IMG/VR virus record: IMGVR_UViG_3300033069_002010
Source of the DNA: a virus
Lineage: Duplodnaviria > Heunggongvirae > Uroviricota > Caudoviricetes
Strand: one strand, 5' to 3'
Length of the DNA: 24,750 nt
Made by a program: the position numbers and the translations under genes
The notes under the pieces: generated by a model
Seen by the model: only the letters and a program-made list of their open reading frames with translations
The model's database searches: none
What the model was told of the DNA's origin: nothing
Part shown: piece after piece, positions 24,030 through 24,750 of the stretch
Position numbering within the stretch: position 1 is the first letter of the stretch
Layout of the letters: the number at the start of each line of letters is the position of its first letter

Positions 24030-24269
24030 ATGTTGGTGAGATTCACACCAAGAGAAACTCTTACGTCAATTGAAAAATGGCATGTGGCCATCAGATTGAC
24101 CCCTGGAAAAATATATCGGGTTGTATACATGGAATATAAGCTACCAGGTATATCTGATGAATACTATATCATCGAGGATGACACAGGCATCACCCTGCCT
24201 TATCCTAAGGTACATTTTATCCCCATATCCGAAGAGAGGGATTCAAAAATAGATAAGATTTTGGATTAG
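24030..24269 (+). CDS. Small beta-barrel (SH3-like) phage protein, 79 aa, ending RDSKIDKIL
   Basis: ATG 24030 lies 2 nt after the upstream stop; LTPGKIYRV...YYIIEDDTG...YPKVHF pattern. Confidence 0.75.
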   Translation: MLVRFTPRETLTSIEKWHVAIRLTPGKIYRVVYMEYKLPGISDEYYIIEDDTGITLPYPKVHFIPISEERDSKIDKILD

Positions 24270-24274
24270 ACAAT

Positions 24275-24724
24275 TTAATTTATCTCAAGCATCTTCAAAA
24301 GTCCGTTTTCCACAAACTGATAGTCGACCGATATGATGCGGTCGCTTTCCATGTCTGGTTTCATGGATCTTGCGGAACTGATTCCTATGTTCTTGTTTAA
24401 GATGATTGTTATCGAGTCATAATTTCCGAAATAGATAATAGGATCCAATTCGGTCGTGTTCAGATAGACGTTTATCCCACCCATCCTTCCGACATTCCTA
24501 AACAGAAAGTCTGACTTACATTCAATTTCCTCGAAGAGGTCGTTCTTTTTGAAGATCTCGAAAATGAAATCAGGAACAATCATCCAACTGCACCCTGAGG
24601 AACATTCCAATATTTTTGAACAAAGTCCGGATTCGGTGACTCTGTTGAATATCTTCCTGAAGAAACCCTGGTTGAAAAAGTCGATTTTTTCCCTTATGAT
24701 GTTTTTTGAATTTCTCAACTCCAT
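24275..24724 (-). CDS. Hypothetical protein, 149 aa, resembling a fragment of a gp23-type major capsid protein
   Basis: SWMIVPDFIFEIF...NVGRMGGINVYLN......IIYFG parallels T4 gp23 NFIIASRNVV...FAGVLGGKYRVYIDQY....YFTVG. The ORF itself is well supported; the family call is weak. Confidence 0.6.
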   Translation of the reverse strand: MELRNSKNIIREKIDFFNQGFFRKIFNRVTESGLCSKILECSSGCSWMIVPDFIFEIFKKNDLFEEIECKSDFLFRNVGRMGGINVYLNTTELDPIIYFGNYDSITIILNKNIGISSARSMKPDMESDRIISVDYQFVENGLLKMLEIN

Positions 24725-24750
24725 TATGAAAGCCTGATTGAAACCGTAAG

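Noticed and set aside
1-24750. Stop-codon reassignment, as seen in some large phages
   Set aside because: TAA, TAG and TGA all end genes at natural C-termini (uvsW and gp5 with TAG, primase with TGA) and coding density is high in the standard code.
1-24750. tRNA, rRNA, CRISPR array or structured ncRNA
   Set aside because: Intergenic gaps are at most ~110 nt and are filled by promoter or terminator motifs; no cloverleaf or repeat-spacer pattern was seen by eye.
24724-24750. Possible 3' end of an upstream minus-strand gene (LTVSIRLS*, TAATG overlap with the next start)
   Set aside because: Only 27 nt are visible at the window edge, too little to annotate.

Overview
This window is a gene-dense segment of a large T4-like tailed (myovirus-type, probably jumbo) phage read in the standard code; it is not cellular DNA. 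Replication and recombination genes: a gp61-like primase and a UvsW helicase, each abutted by a free-standing homing-endonuclease-like gene. Minus-strand baseplate module: a gp48/54-like protein, gp53, a GH19-hub-M15 fusion, a 648-aa structural protein and a gp5-OB/YkuD-like spike. Accessory enzymes: ClpP, a HAD hydrolase, a DHH phosphoesterase, an amidoligase and an N6-adenine methyltransferase. A Bacteroidota host is inferred from the ClpP N-terminus, two TAnnTTTG promoter elements and the A-rich leaders lacking Shine-Dalgarno sites. The most interesting signal is two apparent peptide 'address tags'. (1) Unrelated minus-strand proteins behind an ATATATA late-type motif, including the HAD and DHH enzymes, start with a T4 capsid-targeting-sequence-like peptide, suggesting an enzyme payload packed into the head. 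(2) All four proteins of the two plus-strand operons behind host-type TATATTTG promoters end in the same R-D-x-x-I-x-x-(I/L)-(I/L) motif. All family assignments come from motif recognition by eye; no database search was run.
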